Positions 33,875-46,083 of a stretch of DNA of 64,000 nucleotides are shown here, piece by piece; position 1 is the first letter of the stretch; the number at the start of each line of letters is the position of its first letter. The translations under genes and the position numbers were made by a program. The notes beneath the pieces were generated by a model. It was not told where the DNA came from. It was given only the letters and a program-made list of their open reading frames with translations, and ran no database searches. The DNA comes from Cladosporium halotolerans (lineage: Eukaryota). The stretch lies in assembly GCF_011745625.1 (NCBI RefSeq), contig NW_027191465.1, forward strand, positions 62,001-126,000, read 5' to 3'.

Positions 33875-36135
33875 ATGTCGGCGGACAACTATCACATGCT
33901 GGAGGAGCTGGGCAGTAGGTCTCTCATCTTGATGGGCGTCATTCTTCAGGCCTCATTTCTGACACAACACTCGCAGGCGGCTCCTTCGGCGTCGTATACC
34001 GAGCGCTCGACAAACGCACCGGTCAGGCCGTAGCGGTCAAACACATCGATCTCGAAGGCAGCGACGATGACATCCGCGAAATCCAACAGGAGATCTCCCT
34101 CCTCTCTACTTGCCACTCCGCCTACGTAACCAACTACCTCGACTCGTTCGTGCGAGGTGTGAAGCTATGGATCGTCATGGAATACCTCGGTGGCGGCTCG
34201 TGTCTCGACCTCATCAAGCCCGGCCCTATGGAAGAAAAATACATTGCTATCATTATGCGGGAACTGCTGCAAGGGCTGGACTACTTGCACTCGACCGGGA
34301 AAATCCATCGTGACATCAAGGCGGCGAACATTCTATTGAGCGAGGATGGACGGGTCAAAATTGCAGACTTCGGTGTTGCGGCACAATTGACGAACATCAA
34401 GAGCCAACGTCTGACCTTCGTCGGTACACCATTCTGGATGGCACCGGAGGTTATCCAAGAGGCGGGCTATGACTTCCACGCCGACATCTGGTCGCTTGGC
34501 ATCACCGCTATGGAGATGGCTATGGGTGAGCCACCGAGGAGCGACGTCCATCCGATGAAGGTACTCTTCCTGATCCCTAAGGAGAAGCCACCTCGGTTGG
34601 AAGGAAGCCAATACAGCAAGGAGTTGAAAGATTTCGTGGCACTCTGCCTAAACAAGGATCCAGACCGACGACCGTCCGCAAAAGCATTACTCAAGCATTC
34701 ATTCATCCGGAGAGCTGGAAAAACAGAACAGCTGCAGGAGCTTGTGCAGAAAGCTAAGGCCTTCGAAAATGGAAGTGTGAGGGAGAGAGATGTGAGATAC
34801 TATGAGGAGACCCTGAGAGACGTCACGCTGGAAGACGCCGACGACGACTGGGTATTCAGCACCATCCGGCCGTCCGCTAGCATCAGACAGCCTTCATACG
34901 CCAGGAGCACGATCAAGCGCCCTAAGCTCGACAGGATACCCTCCGAAGATGAGACTGATCGAGGTGCTGCACTGGCCATGCAGGGCATGAGTCTGAAGTC
35001 TGCTCCTCTTGGTGACTTCTCGACGCCAGGCGATTGTACACCTACGAAAGAACCATCAACCATCCGGACGCCGAAGGTACGATCGAACGATGCACGCAAG
35101 ATCTCGTCCGCCACCAGTCGAAAAATCTCAGTGTCATCACCTACAGCTCGACGGACGAGCGTTCGTCAAGCCTCTGGGGCCACACCTACTGCCAGACGAG
35201 TGAGCGGCCAGCCAAAGCAGCCTCTTGGTCTCGACATGTCGTTCGGCAACGGAGCATCAACCGTCCGCATGTTCAAGCGTGTCTCCTCAGACGACAATCA
35301 CGACAACAGCAAGCCCAGCTCGGCCTCACAATTTCAAATCGGCTCGCCACAAGACAGCGTCTTCGATGCCGACGCCGAGAATCGTCCACCACCCCAACAA
35401 CAGCACCGCCTACCACCCGCCCCAGTCGTCGCCGCAACCAAAGAATCCATCCTCGGCCGCCGCACATACGCGAAGTGCATCGAGCCCGCCCTGCAAGAAG
35501 CCCAAGCGACAACCGCCGACCGCACGAATCGGGAAGCCCTCTCTCGAGTCGCCGAAGCCTGGAGCAGACTCGACGAGCTCGACCCCGAAGGCGAGCTCCT
35601 CCTCCTAAAAGGCATGCTCGAGCGCATCTCCGCCGACCCCAAACTGGCCGCCGCCCTGCTTCCACAACCCGACCTCCGCGCACATCAAAGCCCCACGAAG
35701 AAAGCAAGCATGATCTCGACCTCCACAACCTCAACCCTAGTCAACCCCGACTCCGCCGAGATCCTGTCCACCTCGTCGCCCTCCAAGCTCTCCTCCAGCA
35801 GCGCGCCTCGCCGCAACTCCGAGCTCCTTCCCTCCTCCCCGCCCAAACCCCAGCAGCAGCACCTCACGCCCACAAAGCAGCCCTCGCAAATCAGCCACAC
35901 GCGCGACCCCTCGTCGCCAGGCAAGCTGGTCCTCAACCCGCAGAACCCGCACCTGAAGAAGCTGCGCTGCAGCCAGCAGTTCGCGCCGCAGCCGGAGCAA
36001 CTGTCGCCGGAGCGCGAAAGGGGCCTGCCGGGCGGGAAGCAGGAGCCTGGCATGGAGCATGTGGGCTTCGTGGCGGAGGCGCTGTATGGGCGGTGGGCGG
36101 AGGGGTTGAGGGGCCGGTGGGGGGTCATGGGTTAG
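33875..36135 (+). CDS. SID1: STE20/GCK-family Ser/Thr kinase, most like the septation initiation network kinase Sid1/SepL
   Basis: Exons 33875-33914 and 33977-36135; intron GTAGGT...CTGAC...[32 protein letters not shown] and GTPFWMAPE. The LGSGSFGVV/IDLE pattern favours Sid1 over Mst-1/Pod6 (recalled). Confidence 0.8.
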
Positions 36136-36856
36136 TGGTCTTGATATTGTAGCTTGGATTGTGGGATAGGCTTTGCCTGCTCCCTGAGGGATGGATTTCG
36201 TTTTTTCCCTTGCTTGAGTTCGCGGTGGCGGCCTCTCCATCTCATGTACAAAAGGCGTCTCGACTGGAGATTGCCGATTTTTTGCATTTCCGCGTGCAAG
36301 AGAAAGGACAAGAGACAAGCGCGCAGCTGGCCTGCCGGATCAAACAGCAGCCAGGCTTAGTTGCGATCGTGCCTTGCATTCGCTGTCGTAGGCGTTCGCA
36401 TTCGCCATCAGTGGCAGCAGCAGCAGAAGTAGCATTCAAGAGGGGTTTAGGGAGTTTTGGATTGCCGGTTGAGCGTTCTCGTATATAGATTCAAGAATCG
36501 AAATGAGTCCCAGACGATTACTGCACTGCACATGAACGACTCATATAGTATCGATTAGACCGTTTTACCGTTTTCTCTACAACCCAGTCTTTGCCGACTG
36601 AGATCATGCAGCGTGACTGGCATTGCACATATCACGAGTGGACAGCCCTCGTGCTGGGGCAAGACCCATCGAGGATTCTTCAGCCGCCAACGGATTGAGA
36701 AACGTGATTTCAAACCAAGATCCTAAGAATCCTCAGTACCATGTCATGCATTTCACTTTCTTTCATTTTATTGTAACGACTACCTTTAGCCTAGGTATCA
36801 TGCCAGCCCATCCATCATCATCTGAAGATCATTTCACAGATCCCATCGTACAACCA

Positions 36857-39800
36857 CTACAACTTCGCCCCGTTCTCCTCAAACTCCCCCACATCCCTCA
36901 CAGGCCTGGGTCCCAACCCAGCCGGCAAGCCCGCCTTCCAATCGCGGACGTTCTTGATGATCGTCGGGCCATCCTCCTCCTTCTTCTTCTCCTCGCCATT
37001 AGTGTCTCCGTTCGTCTTGGCCTCCTCGACGCCGTTCTCCGCAGCGCCGCCCTGGGCATTGAGGTGGACGGCGAGCTTGACGCGGGTAGGAGACGAGGGG
37101 AGGAAGTGGGAGCGGTAGAAAGCCTGCAAGTCGGCTTTCGTGAGAGGCGAGATGTGGTCGACGTCGTGGGAGACTGTTCGCGTGTTAGCATTCGTGCTTT
37201 CCTTCTCCTTCTTCTTCTTCTCCCTCCAGGAGGCAGCGACTTACCAAGATCGAAATCAAACGCCTCGCTAGCAACATGATGCCACAAGCGGCCGCTCTCC
37301 TCGTTGAGATTCTTCAGCTTCTCCAGCCTCTTGTTGATGAGGCCAATCTTATGCTTCTCGAAATCCGCCTCGGCCATCTCGTCGAGCTCCTTCTCGAACG
37401 CGACCAGGAAGCTATCGATTCTACCCTCCAAGAACTCGCAGTCCTTCTCGCTCTGGATCAGGATGCGGAAGCTCTGCGCGGGGCTGAGGACCAGCATGCC
37501 GCTGCCGACGATGTAGCCGAGCTGCTCCTGGGTGCGGAGGGTGTTGAAGACGGGTTCGTCGAGCATCTGCGCCATGAGCAGCAGGCGAGCGCGCAGCTCG
37601 CGGTCCTGGCTGTGGCCGGCGAAGAGGACGTACTCGATGCAGTGGTTGACGTTGTCCGGGTTCTTGAGGGTGTGCTGCCAGCGGAAGTCGGAGCCGGGCG
37701 GGAAGAGCAGGGCGCGCTTGGTGGGCCACTGGCCGGCGGGCAGGCGGCGGGGGCGCAGGGTGCGCTCGACGAGGTCGGAGATGCGCAGCGCGTCTTCCTT
37801 GTGTACGTTGCCGTGCACGAGCAGCTCGATGTGCATCTGGCGCAGAATGTGGGGGAAGAAGGCGCGGAGGTCGGCGGCGGTGACGCTCTCGAGCTCTTCG
37901 GTCAGCTCGAACTGCGCCCAGGCACGCTCGGCGACCAGCCAGCGCGTGTAGGTGGATATCTGGCGGAAGGGCTCGGTGTATTCGAAGTTGCGCAGGCCGC
38001 GGAGCAGGGACTCCTTGACGATCTCGAAGCGGTCTTCTTTGACTTCGAGGTCGCGCATGGAGACGAGGACCTTCTCGAGCAGCACGGGCATCTTGTCGTT
38101 ATACCCACTGATCATGATGTCGAGGCCGGTCGAATGAGGCGAGACACCGTACCGCAGACCAGCAATTTCGGCATCGTAAGAATACTCCTTCAGGCTGTCG
38201 TCAATCATCTCCTTGTACATGAACGTCATGATAGAAGCAAGCGGCGTAACATTCGTAATGGGGCTGCGCAAGCAAACATGGATCTTCGCCTTCGGCACCC
38301 AGAACTGATCGTCCTTCTTGAACCACGTCCTCGAGTTCTCATGGTTGCGGATGAGCTTGGGCGTGGTAGCCGGGATGTCCACCTCCTTCTTCTCGACGTC
38401 CAAACGCTGCGGCACAAACTCGTTCTTGCCGGGCAGATGCAGCTCAGCTGGCCGCGAGCTCGCAGGCGCAGAAGCCGCGCTCTCGAGTTCTTTCATGAAC
38501 TCCTCAGGGATCTTCTCGATCTTGTACTCAGTACCATACCACTTCTCCCGCAGCGGCCAGTCTCCAGGGAAATCCTTGCTGACGACATTGTACCTGAAGT
38601 TGTCCGGCCTGAGCTCCTTGAGCCCCCGCGTAATCGCCTCGGGATCGAACTTGTGAATCAAATGCTGGCCGCTGAGAATCTTGTCCCTAGGCAGAGGCTG
38701 CTGCATGACACCGCTGAGGTTGCTCGTCGTGCTGCTGGCGGGGCTCTTCTGGCGGAACTTGAAGGCGACCTCGGCCAGCTTGGCCATCTCGTCGACAACC
38801 CACTCCTGCGGCGGGGCGTCCTTGAGCAGCGCGACATACTGGAAGAAAGCCTTGACGATCTCGCGGTAGTGCTTGAGACCGTCTTCCGTCAGAGTCAGAC
38901 TGCACGAGAATTGGCCCGCGCCGGGGCACAGCGAAGACGAACCCGCGCTCAGCTCGTTGACCCAGCCCTTCGCCTTCAAATACGCCAAAAGACTCCCAGG
39001 GCCCTCGTGACCGATCAAGTGGCTAATGTAATGGCCTGGCTTCGACTGCCACAGGTCCTCCTCGTCCGGGTACGGGAAGTGCAGGTCCAGCTGCCTCTTC
39101 TGCATGACCGGCTTGACGAAGACCTCAATGCCCAGCCCCGCCTCGTCGAAAACAGGAATACCATCCCACCTCAGCTGCGGCAGGTTCTGATCCGGCACAT
39201 CGGTGAAAAGCTCCTCGACCCAGCCCTGCAATTCGTCCAGCTCTTCTCTGCCCAGCACGACCAACTTCATGCGGTTCGCCGAGTAATGCTCCTTGTAGAA
39301 ATCGATAAACGCATCTCTAATCTTGACGCCGCGCTCCAGCGGGTCGTCGTGCAGCGTCTTGTAGTTACCCGTCGCGAAATTGTTGTAAGGGTGTTTTTTG
39401 CTCGACAGCGCGCGGTTCAGCTGGAACATGCGCCATTGGTCGCTCTGCAGGTTCTTTTTGTTCTCTGAGTCGACGGCACGCAGCTCGCGGTCTAATGTAT
39501 CTTCTAGGAACAGAGGACGAACGAAGAACTGTGCGAAACGGTCGAGGGCGCCATACAGAGGGGCGCTTTCCTTGGGGATCGGCAGGCTGGTTTTGCTGCT
39601 GTTTGCGGAAGAGTTGGGGCTCTTTGCTGTCGAAGACGCGGACAGCTCGAAGTAGTAGTTGGTAGAAGTGTGGGCGGTGAAAGCGTTCGAGTGGCCGCCG
39701 TATTTGGTCAGGTAGGAATTGTACTCGTTCTCGCCGGGGTACTGTCACGCGACAATCGTTCGATCAGCTCTCAAGTTCAAATTCCCAGTAATAACTCTTC

Positions 39801-40424
39801 ATAAACAGATCGAAGAGAAACACCCACCTTCTCAGTCCCCATAAACAGCAAATGCTCGACCGCGTGCGCAATGCCCGGCAGCTCCTTGTTGTCGCTGAAG
39901 CTGCCGACGTTGACGTCCATGGCGGCGGACGCCTTGTCGGTGTCGGCATCGTGGATGAGCAGGGCCTCCAGCTGGTTTGGCAGCTTGACGACGCGGTACG
40001 ACCGGTTGTCGAGCAGTGGCTTCTCGAGGCGCTCGGCGAGGCGCTCGACGCCGGCGGGTCGGCTGTGAGGAGTGGGCTCAGCCATGGTTGCGAATGCGCG
40101 GGTGGCGGCGCGCTGTGAGAGGGTGGTGATAGCAGGGAAAAGGCGAGAGGAGGGGGGAGAGCGCGTGGCGGTCACAAGGTGGGAGTGTGTGGGTGGAGGG
40201 AGGGTGGAATAACAATGTCTTGGGTGGCGGCGCGACAATGCTCGCTGCAACCGCCGCGGGGGACAGGGAGTGGTTGCGGTGGTGGGAGGCAGCGGCGATG
40301 ACGAGGCTGACGACGAGACGGAGACAGATGGCCTTACTGTTGCGCAAGGAGGATGGCGGACAGCAGCAGGGCGGCGGCGGAGCAGGCGAGTTGCAGCAGC
40401 GAGGGCATCCGGGCGCGGGAGCAT
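36857..40424 (-). CDS. STE23: M16A metallopeptidase (insulysin/Ste23) with two in-frame starts (40424 and 40085) and a C-terminal AKL
   Basis: Exons 40424(or 40085)-39828, 39741-37245 and 37173-36857. Inverted zinc motif HAVEH, LFMGTEKYP, HLIGHEGPGSLL, WFKKDDQFWVPK and LRTQEQLGYIV. Confidence 0.93.
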
Positions 40425-41323
40425 CACCAGCGAGGTGCGTTGTGCGTGGTGCGCCTGGTTTGCTTGCTTGCTGCTTGCTGCTTGCTGCTGCTGCCGTTTC
40501 CACTGCACCAGCGCGGCGGCGGCGTGGGACTGGCGATGAATGATGCCACCGCCGCGGGACAATCGCAAGCCGTGGCAACGGGCCGTGCTGGGGCCGCCAC
40601 CCTGATGGATGCCTTGCGGTGAGGGACCGCGAGCGTGGGCGTCTCCCCTCGTTGTGCCAGCGCGAGTGCGGTGAGAAACAGATAGGTCGACTTACGGTGT
40701 GCCTGCGACCGAACATGCAGATCTACAGGTACATATATGCACACCCGGGTTCATGCCCTCGTTGAGCTGCACCGCAAGCAGGAACTCGTCATGCAGCATG
40801 CTGTCATCACGCCTGCAACCACACGTTTGCGCAGTCCATCAGCACGCCTGCCATCCAGGTTCACCATGCACCGCCATAGTGCGTGCCAACGAGATGCCCA
40901 GAGTTGAAAGGGATGCATGTGCATATCATATCCCGTCTATCACGATAGCCGGCTCGCAGCCTTGTCCAAATTGTACCTTGCCATTGCCACCATCCCTACC
41001 ATGGTCCCAGCCCCCAAAAAATCCGCCTGCAGCAGCATGTGTGCAAGGCACCCCGATCCCAACTCCAACACATGCAACGGGCGTCCGAGTCAGCTCCTGA
41101 ATGACAGACCCGCGTGATCCCGCTCGAACCATGAGAGTGTCTACTACATGTTTCTGGAGACAGTAATCCTTCGGTGCCTTAGACGAGGGGCTCTGGTCGG
41201 ATCCCCAGCCGCACGCAGGGCAATCCTCTCCTGTTTGATACGCAAGCTCCGGTGAGGCTCAGCCGCAGGATTGACAATACTTCCAATGATCCTCGCTCGG
41301 CGGTTTCGCCGACGGCGCCACCG

Positions 41324-43773
41324 CTAGTGTGCTTTGGAGTCTCTTGATGAAATCCATCTGTCGCGTTCCTCGTCAGCGTCTTCTTCCGCAAAGCCGAATG
41401 TCTGAGGTAGGGGAAAATGTGTATACTCACATGCGAACCTTCCAGTCGTCGCCTGCGCTTGCAAAGATAGCTGGATTGGTAGGGTGCCAGGCGACGGCGT
41501 TGACGGTGCCGGGCGCGTGGGCCTCGAGCGTGGCGACTTTGGCGCCCGTTTGTCGGCGCCAGATGTAGACGCGCGAATCTGCAGATCGACCAACGTTAGT
41601 GCATAGACCATACAGTCATGCTACAATCACGACATGGATCTCACCTTCACTGCCCGAGATGACGAAATTCTCGTCCGCGCCGCCGAACTGCGAGCGGATG
41701 ACGAACTCGGCCTGGTGCGCGCCCTCGTACTGCATCACGTCCTCGCCCGTCGTGCTGTCCAGGGCCCAGAGTTTGCCCCTCTTCAGCTCGCTGTCGTTCA
41801 TGTTAACCAACAACAGGGTGCCGTCGGCCGAGTAGTTGATGCTAGTAAGCTTGTCGTCCATCGGCCACTCGTCGAGCTTCTGCCGTGTCTCTAGGTCGTA
41901 GATCATGATGCGGTTGTCGATCGTCGCGGCTGCCATGCGAGTCCCGTCGCGCGAGACTGCTACGTCGGTCACCCTAAAGCTGATGTTACTGTCCCGGCTG
42001 CCAAAGTCCAGGGGAGGTTCTCGCCACGAGTGGATCTCGTTGTTCATGACCATGTAGCTGGGAGGCCCGCTGCCTTCACTCGTGCTCAAGCTGTACAAGC
42101 CCAAGGGCCTCCTTGAGCTCTGAGTTCCAACGACGAAAGACAGTGAGTCCGGTAGCCAAGCCGCTGCAGTGACCGGATAGTCGAAGTGGTCCGCTTTGCT
42201 GACAACGCTGCCGTCGTGGACGTCCATGACAACGAACTCGTTATTCTGCGAGCAGCTGATGAGATATCGATCGTTCGGACTGAAGGCAACGTAGACCACG
42301 CCTCTAGGCTCTGACCCTGCGGCACTTCTCTCATGCTCCCGGAACTCATGCACGATTTTCCACCTCTTTGTCTCGTACACATTGACCAAGCCGTCCTTGC
42401 CAGCCGTTGCAAGAAATGCTCCATCGTGGCTGAAGTCGAGGTACCAGACCTCGTCAGTTTGATTTCTGAGCTCCGTCAAAGTTTTCAAAGGGAAGTCGTC
42501 TGCTGCACACTGATGGTCCGTGTAAAGACTAGGCGGGACGGACGTGTTGTGATATTGACAACCCAATATCTGTTGCTGTTGGACGGATGAGAGTAGAGTG
42601 GCGAGTCGGTGCTCCGGGATCATGACGGAAGGCGATATTGATTTCGAGATTTCTGACAGCAACTCGCTCCTGCTGTTGCCTTGCGAGCCATCCCAGTGGG
42701 CTTCTTTTCGAACTTGCTCAGACGATGGTATCATCATTAGACTGTGAAATGATCAGTATCGAGGTATCGCGTTCAAGAGAACAGACTCAGCCTCACGAGG
42801 ATAGGAAATGTACTCTGCCGACATCCTTCTTAAGAGGTGTCAGTTCGTTCCGTAACACGCCCAAAGCCGCTCCCAGGTCTCTTTGCTCCAGTAGTTCCAG
42901 ATACTTCTGTTGTCGCAGCAGGAACTTGAGATATGTGGTGTCTGCGCCTTCTGACAAAGGCAACCCAACGTGCGTCGAGCCATTCTGGCTACCATATGAT
43001 TGTCTATTCTTCTGCCATGACGGGCTGCCTTCTGCGTGTCCGTTCCCCAACGAGACTCCGCCATCTTGGTCTGTTGATTCCGACCCAAGCAGCAAAGTTT
43101 CCGCCTCTTCCCACTCGCCGAGCTGCACAGCATGCCTGAAGGCCGCGACGCTGGGGATCTCGAGCTGATACCCGCTATCGCGCGACAACTGCTCCGCCGC
43201 TCCCTGATATCCAAGATCCGACAGCGATTGTAGCAGTATCCGGGTGACCTCTTCCCTGTTGTGGCCAAAGAACGGGCTCGTGTCTGCTACCACAGCGCTG
43301 GCGAAACCATTATTGCTGTGGAAGCCGTTCGTCTCGCCATTGCTCTGCGCGGAGCCGTTCGTGTGCGGCGACGAGCCGTTCTGCGACGAGCCATTTGTGG
43401 AAGTCCGCCCTCTCTGGTTGTCCTGCGGGGCGCGCTCAAGCCGCATGTCGCGGGGGCTGTCGTCGGTGTGATCTTTCGAAGCGCGGGCGCGCTTGCGGCC
43501 CTGTGTGTTGGAGGCACTGCCGGCCGCAGAGGCGCTGTGACTGTCGGGCAAGGACGCTGACGAGCGCCTGCGCTTGCGGGGACGGTCGGAAATGTCGATG
43601 GTCTCGGTTTCGTGCGCTAGAACCGAGGCGGTGGCTGTGGGATGGATGCGTTGGTTTATTGGTGTTGATTGTGCTGTAGATTCTGATGCTGATGATAGAG
43701 TGGGGTTGGAGGGTTCGGATGGGTCGGCGGCGGTGAGTGGGGAGGTGTTGGGAGAGATGGTGTCGTCCTCCAG
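41324..43773 (-). CDS. GID7: LisH-CTLH-WD40 protein of the GID/CTLH E3 ligase (Gid7/WDR26); start uncertain (CTG 43773 or ATG 43446)
   Basis: Exons 43773(or 43446)-42797, 42741-41645, 41578-41431 and 41357-41324. LisH REEVTRILLQSLSDLGY, CTLH LRQQKYLELLE...LRNELTPL, MIPEHRLATLL, and WD repeats. Confidence 0.88.
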
Positions 43774-45086
43774 GACGGAGGTCTATGAGGGGTAGAATAC
43801 GGTTGTCCGATCGTCGAGCTTATAGGTAAGCCGGAGACATCTGCCTCAGCGGAGGCTGCCGGGTGACTTTGGTAACAAGAAAGTATGGTTTGTGACGTTT
43901 AGATGACCGGGGCCGGTGCGGAAAGCAATAGCGACGTGGGTTCTCGTAGACCGTCTCCAACAGGACGGGAACGGCCAGCGCTTGATTGAAGTCGACGTGG
44001 TGCCTGTCTTGGCGGTTTGAGGGTGCCACCAGGGCAGCTTGGAAGCGGAGATATTGTGTAGCAAGTCACGGGCACGTGCGGTATTGTCTCAGAAGCGAGA
44101 ATGGTGGTGATGTTGAGTGCAGGCGGCAAAGGTCCAGGACGAGAGGTGTCGGCCCAGGCGCAGGGAAGCTCGCTCTCTGGACCTGCTCCGATGACGCGCG
44201 CCTCAGCCGAGCCGATCGTCCCTGCCTGCGTGCAAGCCACCGACGGTTCACAGCAGGCCGTCAACAATACTGTCACCAGATAAGGGACAACTCGCAGTGC
44301 TGTGAATACGGCCAAGCTCGGCAGATGTAACGAATGGTAGGTACTAATTCACTCGCAGCTCACCTATCTTATATCTTTTACCGCCTTCCCTCCATCGAAG
44401 TAGCCCACCTAGCTACGTGCACTAGCCTTGCCGGTAAGCTTCTTTAGCGGCGATAAGGTCATTCATGCATCAAACAACCACATGACTATGTTTTGGTGGG
44501 CATTCGTTGAAGAAGCGTCCAGTGACCCACTTCGGCGGTGTTGATTGCCCGGCCGTTGATCTCTGGTGACAAGCGGTTTCATGAAGCCATACAGAGGACG
44601 GAAGGCTCCACGATGCTGTGAGCAATTGATAAGAACACTACGGCCGGATCGTTTCTAGCTGTGGTCATGTCACTCTGCGTACAAACACGCAAAGTCATGA
44701 AGCCCCCTTGCAGCTGTTACGAATGCGCACACGTTTGGGCTCATATCCTGGAAGGCTCAACGCTCTATCGTGCACGCCTCAATACTCTGAAGCTTCTGAA
44801 ATCTTAAGTCGCGGCATGGTGTACAGAGCGACCTTAGAGATTCCCTTGGCAAGCACAAAATCATTCGCAATGATGTTACACCATGGGCAAATGAGAGCCG
44901 CGAGTGCGGTCGAACAACCTGAATCTCATCCTAGCTTTTCACTATGGTCTCGAATTGGTCGAGCACTAGCGTCTCGTCAAATTGAGGCTGATCGGTCAAG
45001 AAAGCATCACTGGAACCCAATCTCGTAAAAAACCAGGTTGGCATCGCTGGCACCTGCTTAACCATTCTGGCCATGTGCATGTTGGT

Positions 45087-45809
45087 TCAACTTAAAGTCA
45101 TCACGGTGGCTGGCCGCAGTCTTCCGGCTTTATCGGCGCTCGCTGGCTTGTACAACTGTAACAGAGCATCAAGATAGCTGTCAGCTCCGTCATGGTTGAG
45201 CCTCCCCATCGTCCATGAGTTGCCTAAACTTAATACTGCTGCGCTCCTTGGAGGGCCAGGGGGTCGGGCAGGTTCATATTCCGTGAATGTCGCTCTCGAG
45301 ACTCCTTCGTGGGCATCGAGAGCCCCCATAGAAACAGCGGTCGTTCCACAAATGCTGATGGTTCTGCCAGTACTACCAATTCGCACGGTTCGCAAAGGGC
45401 TTTTCATCACTTCCTGCCGCGATCCGAATCCGAGGATACCTCGTCTCTTGCTACCCGTACTGCCTTCGCTGCTTCCAGAGCTCGCTTCGGGCACACTCGT
45501 AAGCGCTCTGCGCATATTCGGCTTGCCATGTGTCTGCCGTATTGGCATAATCTCCATGGAGGTAGCGGTGATCTCGCCTACCGGAGGCAAGTGTGAACCG
45601 TACTCTTCCGCAAGACTCATTCGGTTCTTCGCGCATATTTCGGCGATGCCATCGATTGCGGACTGGAACTCGGCGCCGTCCGCTGATCGCAAGATGTCTG
45701 CGAACGAGAAGGCGGCTATAGGAGGGAGGACATGACTGCGACCGCTAGGGGAGCCGGCGGGTGTTGGTTTGGGTGAGCTGTATGTGCGGACGAGGACGGG
45801 TTGGGCCAT
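45087..45809 (-). CDS. Hypothetical protein, probably conserved in Pezizomycotina
   Basis: 240-aa ORF, ATG in GCCATGG context. PVLVRTYS, LPPIAAFSFADIL and IDGIAEICAKNRMSLAEEYGSHLPP look like a conserved block. The C-terminus is less certain. Confidence 0.65.
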   Translation of the reverse strand: MAQPVLVRTYSSPKPTPAGSPSGRSHVLPPIAAFSFADILRSADGAEFQSAIDGIAEICAKNRMSLAEEYGSHLPPVGEITATSMEIMPIRQTHGKPNMRRALTSVPEASSGSSEGSTGSKRRGILGFGSRQEVMKSPLRTVRIGSTGRTISICGTTAVSMGALDAHEGVSRATFTEYEPARPPGPPRSAAVLSLGNSWTMGRLNHDGADSYLDALLQLYKPASADKAGRLRPATVMTLS

Positions 45810-46083
45810 GGCTGCCGTTCATCGACGTCGCGCTGATCCCGTGTGGAAAGCTAGTCCATGGCTGAGGGATTAATTACATGTCGTGCTTTAGGCGGCTCCA
45901 GGCTGTTTGCGCATTGCTGTTTGGGTAATGTAGTGTCTCTTGAGAGGATGGAGTTGTAGATCTCACCCCGCCTGATCGGTGGTCAGAGCCAAAAGCTGGG
46001 GAAGCATCTTGGCACTGCTTCGACTTCATGACATCTCTGGCAGGCGTACTTTGTGCTTAGCGCCATATACATCACATCTCAAC

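Noticed and set aside
37276..39468. 730-aa ORF on the + strand antisense to STE23
   Set aside because: It mirrors the sense frame. Strong C/G third-position bias removes antisense stop codons, and the product has no domain-like features.
40460..40495. GCAA/GCA microsatellite upstream of STE23 as a repeat array
   Set aside because: Simple sequence repeat with no spacer structure.
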